NCBI GenBank assembly: GCA_965224485.1
Contig: CBDCZH010000010.1
Coordinates: forward strand, 1-64,000
DNA: 64,000 nt
Direction: 5' to 3'
Source: Arcobacteraceae bacterium
GTDB lineage: Bacteria > Campylobacterota > Campylobacteria > Campylobacterales > Arcobacteraceae
This document shows positions 1-9,934 of this stretch, in pieces. The notes beneath the pieces were generated by a model, which was not told the origin of the DNA, did no database searches, and saw only the letters and a program-made list of their open reading frames with translations. The position numbers were made by a program, and so were the translations under genes. Positions within the stretch are counted from its first letter, which is position 1; each line of letters opens with the position of its first letter.

Positions 1-2709
1 GATTTTTTTATTAAATACAATTTCTCATTTTTATTATATTCTTTCTCTATATAATAATTTCTTTAATAATATTATTATATAATAATTAGTAAAAGATATT
101 TAAATTAATTACTTTTCTTATATAAACTTAATAATTATTACTAGCAATAATATCCTCTTACCTAAGGAATAGAAGACCTAATTTTATTATCTAACTTTAT
201 AACTAAAAAGAAAATATAATATTTAAAACACTTTATTTAATTTGTTTTCATGAAAATTAACTTTAATCTTATTTATAAGAATATAATATATTTATATATA
301 AATAATATTTAAAATAAAACAAATAAAAATAAATGATTAGTTACTAATAAAGGATATATAAGATGAAAATGAAACAAAACTACCGCTCACGTTTCAAGAT
401 TCTAAAAATGGGAAAATAACTTTAATCCTAACAACTTTATTAGGAAGTATAACTATTCTTTCTGCAGCTCCAAGTGGGGGTGTTGTAACAAGTGGAAGTG
501 TTAGTATTTCACAAAAATCAATATAACTACAATAAATCAAAGTACCCAAAAAGCCAGTATAAACTGGCAAAAGTTTAATATAGCCTCAAATGAAATAGTT
601 AACTTTAATCAAATAAATAAAAACTCTATTATATTAAATAGAGTTATAGGAAATGAAAAATCTATTATAAATGGAGCTTTAAATGCAATGGTCAAGTATG
701 GATACTTAATTCAAATGGAGTACTCTTTGGAAAAAATGCTAGTGTTAATACAGCGGGATTATTATTAACAAGTAAAGATATAAGCAACAAAGATTTTAAA
801 GAAGGAACTTATTCTTTTAGTGGAAATAGTACAAATAGTATTATAAATTTAGGAAGTATAGAAATAAGTAATAAAGGCTATCTTTCTTTTTTAGCAAATA
901 AAGTTGAAAATAGTGTCTTATAAAAGTACTAAGCGGAAAAGTTCACTTAATAGGGGCAGATGAATTTGAGGTAAATCTAAATGGAAACTCTTTATTAAAA
1001 CTAAATGTAAAAAAAGGTGTTTTAGATGCCCTAGTTGAAAATAAAGGTGCTATTTATGCCCAAGCTGGTGAAATATACCTAAGAACTAATGCTGTATCTG
1101 AGCTTCTTAAAGGTGTTGTAAATAATGAAGGAATTATTGAAGCTAATAGTTTAGATGAAATAACAGGAAAAATAGACTTTTTTCCATGGAGGAGAAGTAC
1201 AAGTATCAGGAACACTCTTAGCAAAAGATGGTTTTATTGAAACTTCTGGAAAAGATTTTAAAATTAAAAGTGATGCTAAATACAAGCTAAAACTTGGCTA
1301 ATAGATCCTAGTAATATTACTATTTCTGATGCTACTGCATATGAGAACTCTCTTAATGGGTGGAACAAATGTAACAATACAAACTAAAATAGTGGAGAGC
1401 AAGAAGGTAATATTTATATAAATGATGAACTTACTTGGAATACAGTTCAAACCTTAACCTTAAATGCTATTAATAATATTTATGTAAATAAAAGTATTAC
1501 AGCAACAAATGATAAAGGAGTTTTAGCACTATATTATGGACAAGGGAAAATAGCTCTTAACAATAAATCAGAGTATTCTTTACTTTCTCCTATTAATTTA
1601 AAAGCAGGAGATAATTTTAAAACAAAACTTGGAAGTGACCGGTAAAGTTGAGGATTGGAAAGTTTTAACAGAGTATGGAGATTATGCTTCAGAAACAGGA
1701 ACAGATGTACAAGGATTGCAAGGGAATTTAAAAGGAAATTATGTCTTAGGGCAAGGTATTTATACTCACTCTTGGCCTTGGGGTTCGCCTTTTAGACCTA
1801 TAGGAAAAAGTTACGAAAACCCATTTAAAGGAAAGTTTGATGGTTTAGGTCATTTTATTTCATATCTTAGTTTCAAGAAGATGTATGCTGGTGGATCTGG
1901 ATTATTTGGATATACAAATGAAGCAACAATAAGAAATTTTGCTCTTACTGTGTTTTTTATAGATGGAGTTGACAATGTTGGAGCTTTAGTAGGACATGCA
2001 TCTAAGACAATTATCAAAAATTGTTATGCACAAGGACGTCTTACTGGAAATGACAATGTTGGAGGATTAGTTGGATTTAATGAAGATTCAATTATAGAAA
2101 ATTCTTATGCAAAGGTAAAAACTAAAGGACATTATAACATTGGAGGATTAGTAGGATTTAATAAGAATTCAACTATCAAAAACTCTTATTCAAAAGCTAC
2201 TGTTGAAGGAAAAGTTAATACTGGAGGTTTAGTAGGAATTAGCGAATATTCGACTGTTGAAAATAGTTTTTGGGATAAAGATGTTTCTAAATACTCATCT
2301 TCAGCAGGAGGAATAGGACTTTTAAGTACTCAGATGAGAGATAGTGCAGCTTTTTATAATGCTGGTTGGGATTTTGATAGAATTTGGGGAAGAGACACTA
2401 AGAATGAGTATCTCCCTTACAGGTATATGGAACTTAAATTATTTAATTCTAAATTCTCTTATAATACTGTTATGAGTGTTAATTTGAATACTTACACTAA
2501 AACTTATAACAAAAGTGATGATATCTCTTCTGTTTTTTTCAAAATCAAATATTATAAATAATTTTAGGTTTACAAACAAAAAAGATGTAGGTTCTTATGA
2601 TTTAGAATCTACTTCTTTAGCAGATTATACTTTTTCCTTATATGGGGGCTTATAATAGTAACAATACAGAAATTATTCTAAATACTAATGGAAAATATGT
2701 AATTTCTCC

Positions 2710-4710
2710 AAAAGCTTTAATTCTAAAAAATATCACTGCTACAAATAAAGTCTATGATGGAAACATAAGTGCAAAGATAAATGCAAAATTAGAAGGCATT
2801 ATAAGTGGAGATAAGGTAAATAATACTATACGTTCAGAATTTGATAATAAAAATGCAGGGAGAGAATAAAACTGTATCTTTATATTCAACTTTAAGTGGA
2901 GCAGATTCCAAAAATTATAGTTTGTCAAAACAAACAACAAAAAGCAAATATTTACAAAAAAAGCTTTAAGTCTAGGTGATATTACTGCAAAAAATAAAAT
3001 CTATGATGGAAATAAAATAGCAAGTGTAAACGCAAGATTAGAAGGCCTTATAAGTGGTGATGATGTAAGTAAATCTATAAGTTCTACTTTTAATGCTAAA
3101 AATGTAGGAGGAAAATAAAATTATCACTATAAATGATATCTCTTTACACGGAGCTGATGCTAATAATTATGTTATTGCTTCAAAACAAACAACAAAAGCA
3201 AATATAACAAAAAAAGCTTTAAGTCTAAGTACTATTACTGCTTTAAATAAAATCTATGATGGAAATATAACTGCGAGTGTAAGCGCAAGATTAGAAGGCC
3301 TTATAGGTGCTGATGATGTAAATAATACTCTAAGTTCAACATTTAATAGCAAAAATGTAGGAGAGAATAAAACTATAAGTATTATTTCAACTTTAAGTGG
3401 AACAGACGCAAAGAATTATAGCTTGGCAGAACAAACAACACAAGCAAATATTACAAAAAAAGCTTTAAGTCTAAGTAGTATAAGTGCTTCAAATAAAATC
3501 TATGATGGAAATAAAATAGCAAAAGTAAGCGCAAGATTAGAAGGGCTTATAAGTGGTGATGATGTAAGTAAATCTATAAGTTCTACTTTTAATGATAAAA
3601 ATGTAGGAGAAAGTAAGATTATTACCATAAATGATATTTCTTTACTAGGTTCTGATGCAAAGAACTATTCTATTACTACAAAACAAACAACAAAAGCAAA
3701 TATTACAAAAAAAGCTTTAAGTCTAGGTGATATTACTGCAAAAAATAAAATCTATGATGGAAATAAAATAGCAAGTGTAAACGCAAGATTAGAAAGGCCT
3801 TATAAGTGGTGATGATGTAAGTAAATCTATAAGTTCTACTTTTAATGCTAAAAATGTAGAGAGAAAATAAAATTATCACTATAAATGATATCTCTTTACA
3901 CGGAGCTGATGCTAATAATTATGTTATTGCTTCAAAACAAACAACAAAAGCAAATTATAACAAAAAAAAGCTTTAAGTCTAAGTACTATTACTGCTTTAA
4001 ATAAAATCTATGATGGAAATATAACTGCGAGTGTAAGCGCAAGATTAGAAGGCCTTATAGGTGCTGATGATGTAAATAATACTCTAAGTTCAACATTTAA
4101 TAGCAAAAATGTAGGAGAGAATAAAACTATAAGTATTATTTCAACTTTAAGTGGAAGTGATTTTGAAAACTATAGCTTGGCAAAACAAACAACAAAAGCA
4201 AATATCACAAAAAAAGTTTTAAGTCTAAGTACTATTACTTCTACAAATAAAATCTATGATGGAAATAAAAGTGCAAGTGTAAGTGCAAGTTTAGAAGGTC
4301 CTTATAGGTGGTGATGATGTAAGTAAATCTATAAGTTCTACTTTTAATGATAAAAATGTAGGAGAGAATAAAATTATTACTATAAATGATATTTCTTTAC
4401 TAGGAATTGATTCTAATAATTATTCTATTACTTCAAAACAAACAACAAAAGCAAATATCACAAAAAAAGCTTTAAGTCTAAGTAATATTACTGCTGCAAA
4501 TAAAATCTATGACGGAAATAAAACAGCAAGTGTAAGTGCTAGTTTAACAGGAGTGGTTTTAGGCGATGATGTAAATAATTTAATTACTTCTGTCTTTGAT
4601 AGTAAAAATGCAGGTGAAAATAAAATGGTAACAATTATTTCTTTAAAAGGAAATGATGCTTCTAATTATTCTATTCTTATAGGACAAAAAACAAAGGCAA
4701 ATGTTACTGT
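2710..4710 (+). repeat. Eight tandem ~250-bp YDG-domain repeat units
   Basis: TATGA(T/C)GG (YDG) at ~2753, 3002, 3255, 3501, 3753, 4009, 4255 and 4508; ~2955-3400 is near-identical to ~3705-4155. Confidence 0.9.
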
Positions 4711-4894
4711 AAAAGATTTAATAGTGACAGCTAATAATAGTTCGAAAAGAGTAGGAGGAAAAGATCCAATTTTAACTTTTAATACTAACGGTTTAGTAGG
4801 GACAGTCGCCACCTTAAAATAAATTGAAATTTTAAAATTTTGTATTAGTTATTGTACATAATACACCTTCATTAATTAGAAAGTATTTTACTTT

Positions 4895-5890
4895 CTAGTT
4901 ATATCCGCAAGCTTTTTTATAAACCTCTACATCATATTGTGTATCATTTTTATATAAAGAATGAGCTATTATTATCATCTTTCTCATGACTGCTATTTGA
5001 GCTAATGTTGTGTGTTTTCCATTTTCTTTTAATCTAGTAAAAAACTTGTTAAAGTTTGTATCTGATTTAATTGCTGACATCACTCCCATAAACATAGTTC
5101 CTCTATAAAGTTTAGAACCAGCTTTTGATATTCTAGGTTTACTTTTAATAGAAGTTCCTGATTGTTTTAGTATTGGATCTAAACCAGCAAGAGCTGTTAT
5201 TTGTCTTTGATTAGCTTTTGGATATTTAATAAAAAGATGAAGTAAAACAATAGCTGTAATTTTGCCAACACCTGATAGAGTTTTTATATTATTATATTTA
5301 AGAAGTAAATCTTCATTAGATTCTATAATATCATTAACTTCAGATAATACATTTTCTTCTTTTTCATTTAAAGTTTTAATAGATTTTTTAAGTTCTTTAA
5401 TTGCATATGAATTTCCATCTTTTGCACTCAAAGCTTCTAAATGATTCTTTGTTTTAGTTTTTTGCTTAGAAATGAATTTATAATAACTCATCAGTTCTTT
5501 TATACTTTCAGCTTCTTCATTTATATAAGGTATTTTAATCTCATTAGTTCTTGCCAAATGAAGACTTTTTGATAAAACAACAGAATCTATTTCATCTGTT
5601 TTATTTCTTTGCCCTAGAGCTTTAGCATGGTTTGAAAACTGTTTTGGGTTAATCATAAAACATTTTATATTTTTATCTTTACAGAATTTTGTTAATGCAA
5701 ATGAGTATGAACCTGTTGGTTCGAATATAAAAACCAAAGAATCTATTTCTTTTTTATAAAGCTTTTTTAATTTAGAATACAAGGCTTTAAACGCTTTTGA
5801 ATTATTCTCAATTTCAAAGCTAAGTTTATTAATTGGAATATATACAGCAATTAATTTTTTACTAACATCTAATCCGATACAATTATACAT
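4895..5890 (-). CDS. IS110-family transposase/recombinase (DEDD RuvC-like domain + Tnp20 domain)
   Basis: IGLDVSK, FEPTG and KTDEIDS (DEDD tetrad); SGVGKITA, AGLDP..KQSGTS, RISKAG and AVMRK motifs; GGAGG RBS at 5897-5901. Confidence 0.96.
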   Translation of the reverse strand: MYNCIGLDVSKKLIAVYIPINKLSFEIENNSKAFKALYSKLKKLYKKEIDSLVFIFEPTGSYSFALTKFCKDKNIKCFMINPKQFSNHAKALGQRNKTDEIDSVVLSKSLHLARTNEIKIPYINEEAESIKELMSYYKFISKQKTKTKNHLEALSAKDGNSYAIKELKKSIKTLNEKEENVLSEVNDIIESNEDLLLKYNNIKTLSGVGKITAIVLLHLFIKYPKANQRQITALAGLDPILKQSGTSIKSKPRISKAGSKLYRGTMFMGVMSAIKSDTNFNKFFTRLKENGKHTTLAQIAVMRKMIIIAHSLYKNDTQYDVEVYKKACGYN

Positions 5891-5914
5891 CGTGAACCTC
5901 CAATAGTAATATTT

Positions 5915-6127
5915 GAGAGTTCGTTAGGCTAGGAGTTAACTCCTAGCTGATTAACTTTAATACACATAACCTAACCTCGTGTAATACGATCTAGTAATTA
6001 ATACCGATCTTGTCGCCACTCAAGTTTAAAGTGTAATTATTTGACTGACACTCAAGCTAATTAATATTTTTAAGTTATATCAACCGCTTTGGCACCCTTT
6101 TCAATATATTAACCAATAAAACTCTCT
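5915..6127 (-). ncRNA. Putative IS110 bridge RNA with target-binding and donor-binding loops
   Basis: Closing stem GAGAGUU/AACUCUC. Two stem-internal loop-stem arms. Donor guides GUGGCGAC (6012-6019) and ACGAG (5976-5980) match the RE-core-LE junction GTGGCGA-CT-CGT. Target guides AGGGUGCC (6091-6098) and GUCAG (6045-6049). Perfect hairpin at 5928-5947. Confidence 0.8.
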
Positions 6128-6133
6128 GGATTC

Positions 6134-6142
6134 ATTATATCA
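6134..6142 (-). promoter_or_regulatory. Extended -10 promoter (TGATATAAT) for the bridge RNA/recombinase transcript
   Basis: TGnTATAAT lies 10 nt inside the IS left end and ~7 nt upstream of the predicted RNA closing stem. Confidence 0.7.
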
Positions 6143-6476
6143 TTTAGATACGAGATACTTTAAGTGGAAATTTAAAAAGAGTCTTGGGTGAGAATATAGG
6201 AGAATATAATATTTCAAATGATAATTTATCATTTAGTAGTAATTATAACTTGGTTTTTAATCAAGGAGTTTTTACTATTGAAGCTAATTTTGATAATATA
6301 ATTTCATCTATTTTTAATCATAGTGCTACAAAAATTATTCTTCCTTCACTTCCAAAAGTTATAGCTAATAAACAAAATAGTTTTATGGAAATAGCTGGAA
6401 TACCTTTGTATATGACAGATTCAGGTATTAATCTACCTTCTGTTTTAAATAATGATAAAAACAATTAAGGATATAT

Positions 6477-8150
6477 GTGAAACATTTAATAATACTTTTT
6501 TTATTGGGTTCAAGCTTACTTCTTGCTGCCCTTCCTAATATAGGTTCTGTAAGAAAAGAGATTAAAGTTCCTCTTGAAATAAGTAAGAAGAAAAATAAAC
6601 CCTTAATAAAGTTAGGTGTAGAAAAAAAATATCGAGCTATATTAAAAGATGATAAAAGTGCTAAGAAAGTTTTAATAAAAGATTTTAAAATTATTGGAAA
6701 TCATTCAATTACAAGTAAAAACCTTTTAAAAATACTTCTTCCTTATAAAAATAAACATTTAAGCTTTTTTGAGATAAATAATCTAGCTTTGTTAATAAGT
6801 AAAGAGTATAAAAATCAAGGTTATTTTGTAGCAAGAGCTTATCTACCTACTCAAAACTTAAATAACTCTAGCTTAGAGATAATAGTTATTGAAGGAGAGT
6901 ATGGAGAGTTTAGAGTTAAAAATAAGTCTAAAACTAATACTTCTTTTATAAAAAGTATCTTAAATCATAAAAAAGAAGGAAAGGTAATAAGTTCTAAATC
7001 TTTAGAAAATTCTATACTTTTAATTAATGATATTCCAGGAACCAGAGTTTCTAGTATGAATATAAAAGCAGGAAAAAAAGTTGGAACTAGTGACTTTATT
7101 TTAGATATTGAACAAAGTAAGATTTATGATGGCTATGTTTTACTGGATAATTATGGAGGTTTATATACAGGAAGAAATAAACTAAGTATTGGAGCAAATT
7201 TTTATACTCCATTTAATTATGCAGATAAGATATCTATAATAGGACTTACTAGTAATAATAATGATTTAAATAATGCTGTACTTAATTATTCTTTTCCCTT
7301 ATATAAAAATGGTTTAAGAGCAGAGTTATCTTTAGGAAGAACAACTTATCACTTAAGTAAAGAGTATGAAAATTTAAATGCAAGAGGATTATCTAATAGT
7401 ATAAAAATAAGTTTGCAATATCCTATTTTGAAACAAAAATTACAAAATCTTACTCTTGATTTAATTTTAGAGAATAATAATCTAAGAGATGAAATAAATG
7501 CTTCTGATTATGAGAGTAAAAAGGTTTCAGATGTTATAAGAGTTAAACTTAATTATGATAAAAAACACTCTTTCTTTGATTTAAATCATAATTTCTCTTC
7601 AAATATTATACTTTCTCTTGGAAATCTAAAGTTCAAAGATGCGGAGCAAAAACTTATGGATAAAGAAGGAGTAAATACCCAAGGAAAGTACTCAAAGCTT
7701 GAGATAGAATTAAACTCTACTTTGGATTTTACTCCTACTCTTAGTTTAGAAACAGCTCTAAAATATCAACATAGTCTAAAAGGAAAAAACCTAGATGGAA
7801 GTGAAGATTTTTCAATAGGTGGGGCTTATGGTGTTAAAGTTTATCCTTCTGGAGAATTAAGTGCAGAAAATGGTTATGTTTTTAAACTAGAAGCTAAATA
7901 TGTTTTAAATAGAACAAATACTTATAAAAACACTTTGGGAGTATTTTATGATAGAGGAAAAGCTTATATGACAGATCCTCTTTCAAGTTTTAAAAGTAGA
8001 ACTTTGCAAGACCTAGGATTCTCTTATTATTTAAATTATAAAGATTTTTTTGCAAAAGCGCAAATAGCTTTTACAATTGATGATGAAATAATAAGCAGTG
8101 AAATACAAAAGAATTCTAAGATTTTATTTATGGCTGGATGTACTTTTTAA
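6477..8150 (+). CDS. ShlB/FhaC/HecB family two-partner secretion transporter (TpsB)
   Basis: Signal peptide, POTRA motif YKNQGYFVARAYLPTQ..VIEG, DNYG, SIGGAYGVKVY (VRGY-like) motif, C-terminal F. Confidence 0.92.
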   Translation: MKHLIILFLLGSSLLLAALPNIGSVRKEIKVPLEISKKKNKPLIKLGVEKKYRAILKDDKSAKKVLIKDFKIIGNHSITSKNLLKILLPYKNKHLSFFEINNLALLISKEYKNQGYFVARAYLPTQNLNNSSLEIIVIEGEYGEFRVKNKSKTNTSFIKSILNHKKEGKVISSKSLENSILLINDIPGTRVSSMNIKAGKKVGTSDFILDIEQSKIYDGYVLLDNYGGLYTGRNKLSIGANFYTPFNYADKISIIGLTSNNNDLNNAVLNYSFPLYKNGLRAELSLGRTTYHLSKEYENLNARGLSNSIKISLQYPILKQKLQNLTLDLILENNNLRDEINASDYESKKVSDVIRVKLNYDKKHSFFDLNHNFSSNIILSLGNLKFKDAEQKLMDKEGVNTQGKYSKLEIELNSTLDFTPTLSLETALKYQHSLKGKNLDGSEDFSIGGAYGVKVYPSGELSAENGYVFKLEAKYVLNRTNTYKNTLGVFYDRGKAYMTDPLSSFKSRTLQDLGFSYYLNYKDFFAKAQIAFTIDDEIISSEIQKNSKILFMAGCTF

Positions 8151-8158
8151 ATATTCAT

Positions 8159-8208
8159 GAGCTAAGTTTTAACTTCTACAAGAATAGAAATTTTACTTAG
8201 CTCTTTTT
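8159..8208. terminator. Hairpin between the convergent tpsB and hisA genes
   Basis: GAGCTAAGT...ACTTAGCTC followed by a T-run. Confidence 0.55.
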
Positions 8209-8219
8209 AGTATTAAGTA

Positions 8220-8930
8220 TTATTTTAAAACTTTAAAAGCTTCTTCTAAATCTAAGCTTCCTTCATAAAAAGCTTTTCCTACAATTACACCAGCAATGTG
8301 ACCATTATCTTGACAAGCTGTAATATCATTAATATCCTTAACTCCACCGCTTGCAATTGTATCAATTCCAGAAGCATCTGCTATTTCTTGTGTTAATTCA
8401 ACATTAACCCCACATAACATTCCATCTTTGCTTATATCTGTACAAATAATAGCTTCAACACCAGCATTTGCAAACTCATGAGCTAAAGTAGTAGCTTTCA
8501 TAGTAGAAACTTCTGCCCAACCCTCAACAGCAACCATTCCGTTACTTACATCAATTCCTACAGCTATTGGATACTTAGCCGCCATATCTTTTACAAATTG
8601 AGGATCTTTAAGTGCAATTGAACCTAAAATTAATCTATCAACTCCAAGCTCTAAATACATTTTAATAGTTTCTTCATCTCTAATTCCACCACCAAGTTCA
8701 ATTTTAAGATTACAGTTTTCTCTAATCTTTTTTATTTGTTCCAAGTTAGCTGGTTCACCTGCAAAAGCACCATTTAAATCAACAATATGAAGCCATTTAC
8801 TACCTAATTCTTCAAATCTTTTAGCAACCATCCAAGGTTCATCAGAGTATATTTTTGCACTGTCCATAAGACCTTTGCTTAGTCTTACTGCTTTTCCATC
8901 TTTTAAATCAATTGCTGGTAGTATATCCAT
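8220..8930 (-). CDS. hisA: ProFAR isomerase
   Basis: [35 protein letters not shown] and ASGGV motifs. Confidence 0.97.
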   Translation of the reverse strand: MDILPAIDLKDGKAVRLSKGLMDSAKIYSDEPWMVAKRFEELGSKWLHIVDLNGAFAGEPANLEQIKKIRENCNLKIELGGGIRDEETIKMYLELGVDRLILGSIALKDPQFVKDMAAKYPIAVGIDVSNGMVAVEGWAEVSTMKATTLAHEFANAGVEAIICTDISKDGMLCGVNVELTQEIADASGIDTIASGGVKDINDITACQDNGHIAGVIVGKAFYEGSLDLEEAFKVLK

Positions 8931-9283
8931 CTTCTCTTTTCCTTTTTAACTCTTGTCGTAATTTATTTTTCTCATTTAATTCTATGGAACAAATTATTGC
9001 TTCACTTATATATGAAGTAATAAGCTCTTGCCTAAAATCTTCTTCTTTATTTAAATAAAGATGTCTCATATATTTACCACTTTTAGTAAAATCAAATAAC
9101 TCTTCAAGTAAGTAACCTTTGTGACAGCCTATTGTTAATTTATTTTTATCTTTTTTTAAATAAAACAAACACTGATTTTCAAAAAAAAAACGAATCATGA
9201 GTAGCATCTTTTTTTGAAACACCTTTATTTTTTAAAGCAAGTTTTTCAATTTTTAAAGAAATTTTATCTACCCATGTTTTCAT
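8908..9283 (-). pseudogene. DUF1801-like protein with a frameshift in a T10 tract (9181-9190)
   Basis: ATG at 9283 just after hisH gives MKTWVDKIS...HDSFFF*; T9 instead of T10 gives one ~124-aa ORF containing GKYMRHLYL...YISEAI. Confidence 0.55.
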
Positions 9284-9292
9284 TCTTTTAAT

Positions 9293-9901
9293 CTATAAGG
9301 CTACAAAGTTCTTTAAAATTTTTAAACCATTATCATGTGATTTTTCAGGGTGGGGCTGAAACCCGTAAATATTATCTTTATGAACTGCACTTACAAATTC
9401 ATAACCATATTTAGTTTTTCCAATAACATTTTTTTCGCTTGTTAGTACATGATAAGAGTGAACAAAATAAAGATAAGGATTTTCTAAGCCTTCAAATAAA
9501 GTATGATCATTTATAGTCTGTATTGTATTCCAACCTACATGAGGAATGTTTGTATCTTCTTTCATTTTGCTTTTATCAAATTTTATAATATGACCATCAA
9601 TTAGACCAAGACCTTTATGTTCACCAAATTCTGTTGAACTTTCAAATAAAAGCTGCATACCTAAACAAATACCTAAAATTGGTTTTTTACTTTTTACAAA
9701 ATCTAAGATGGCATCTTGCATTCCACTTTGTTTTAAATGAATCATAGCATCACCAAAAGCACCAACTCCTGGTAAAATAATTCTATCATATTCATTCAAT
9801 TTTTTTGGATCTTTTTCTATTTTAGCATCAATTTTTAACAACTTACATGCATTTAATACGCTAGCTAAGTTTCCCATATTATAATCAACAATTCCAAGCA
9901 C
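9293..9901 (-). CDS. hisH: Imidazole glycerol phosphate synthase glutaminase subunit
   Basis: DYNMGNL, LPGVGAF, GICLGMQ, YFVHSY and QPHPEKS motifs. Confidence 0.97.
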   Translation of the reverse strand: MLGIVDYNMGNLASVLNACKLLKIDAKIEKDPKKLNEYDRIILPGVGAFGDAMIHLKQSGMQDAILDFVKSKKPILGICLGMQLLFESSTEFGEHKGLGLIDGHIIKFDKSKMKEDTNIPHVGWNTIQTINDHTLFEGLENPYLYFVHSYHVLTSEKNVIGKTKYGYEFVSAVHKDNIYGFQPHPEKSHDNGLKILKNFVAL

Positions 9902-9934
9902 TATAAAACCCTTTTTTTAATATAAAAAATTATA

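Larger units (their letters stand above)
4804..6154 (-). mobile_element. IS110-family insertion sequence, flanked by core dinucleotide CT (AG on + strand at 4804-4805 and 6153-6154)
   Basis: Removing 4806-6154 rejoins the host frame to NGLVGT-D-TLSGNLKRVLGENIGEY. Contains a DEDD recombinase, ~260 bp non-coding left end and ~90 bp right end; no long terminal inverted repeats. Confidence 0.95.
363..6468 (+). pseudogene. TpsA-type filamentous haemagglutinin-like exoprotein (FHA N-terminal domain, GLUG motifs, 8 YDG repeats, MBG domain); multiply frameshifted and split by IS110
   Basis: ATG at 363 after AAGGA. Across frames it reads MKMKQNYRSRFKILK..KITLILTTLLGSITILSAAPSGGVVTSGS, NQSTQKASINWQKFNI, LNRVIGNEKSIINGALN, GQVWILNSNGVLFGKNASVN, then NVGGLVG motifs (1629-2561), NKIYDGN repeats (2750-4520) and an MBG-like tail (4700-4805 + 6155-6468). 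Many single-base indels, which may be sequencing errors. Confidence 0.85.

Noticed and set aside
1..362. Very AT-rich leader as an origin or ncRNA
   Set aside because: No DnaA-box cluster or stable structure recognised; most simply the tpsA upstream region.
2710..4710. Near-identical repeats as a DGR template/variable pair
   Set aside because: They are tandem coding domains; the closest copies differ mainly by indels, not adenine-specific substitutions, and there is no reverse transcriptase.
1629..4822. ORFs 1629-2561, 2642-2869, 3423-3812 and 4553-4822 (and 6184-6468) as separate genes
   Set aside because: They are fragments of the single tpsA-like gene.
6073..6081. GAUAUAACU as the left target guide
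   Set aside because: It lies in the predicted inner stem-loop of the target arm; AGGGUGCC occupies the position equivalent to the donor guide.
4804..6154. IS1111-type organisation (sub-terminal inverted repeats, RNA in the right end)
   Set aside because: No convincing inverted repeats; the long non-coding end with guide matches is upstream of the recombinase, as in the IS110 group.
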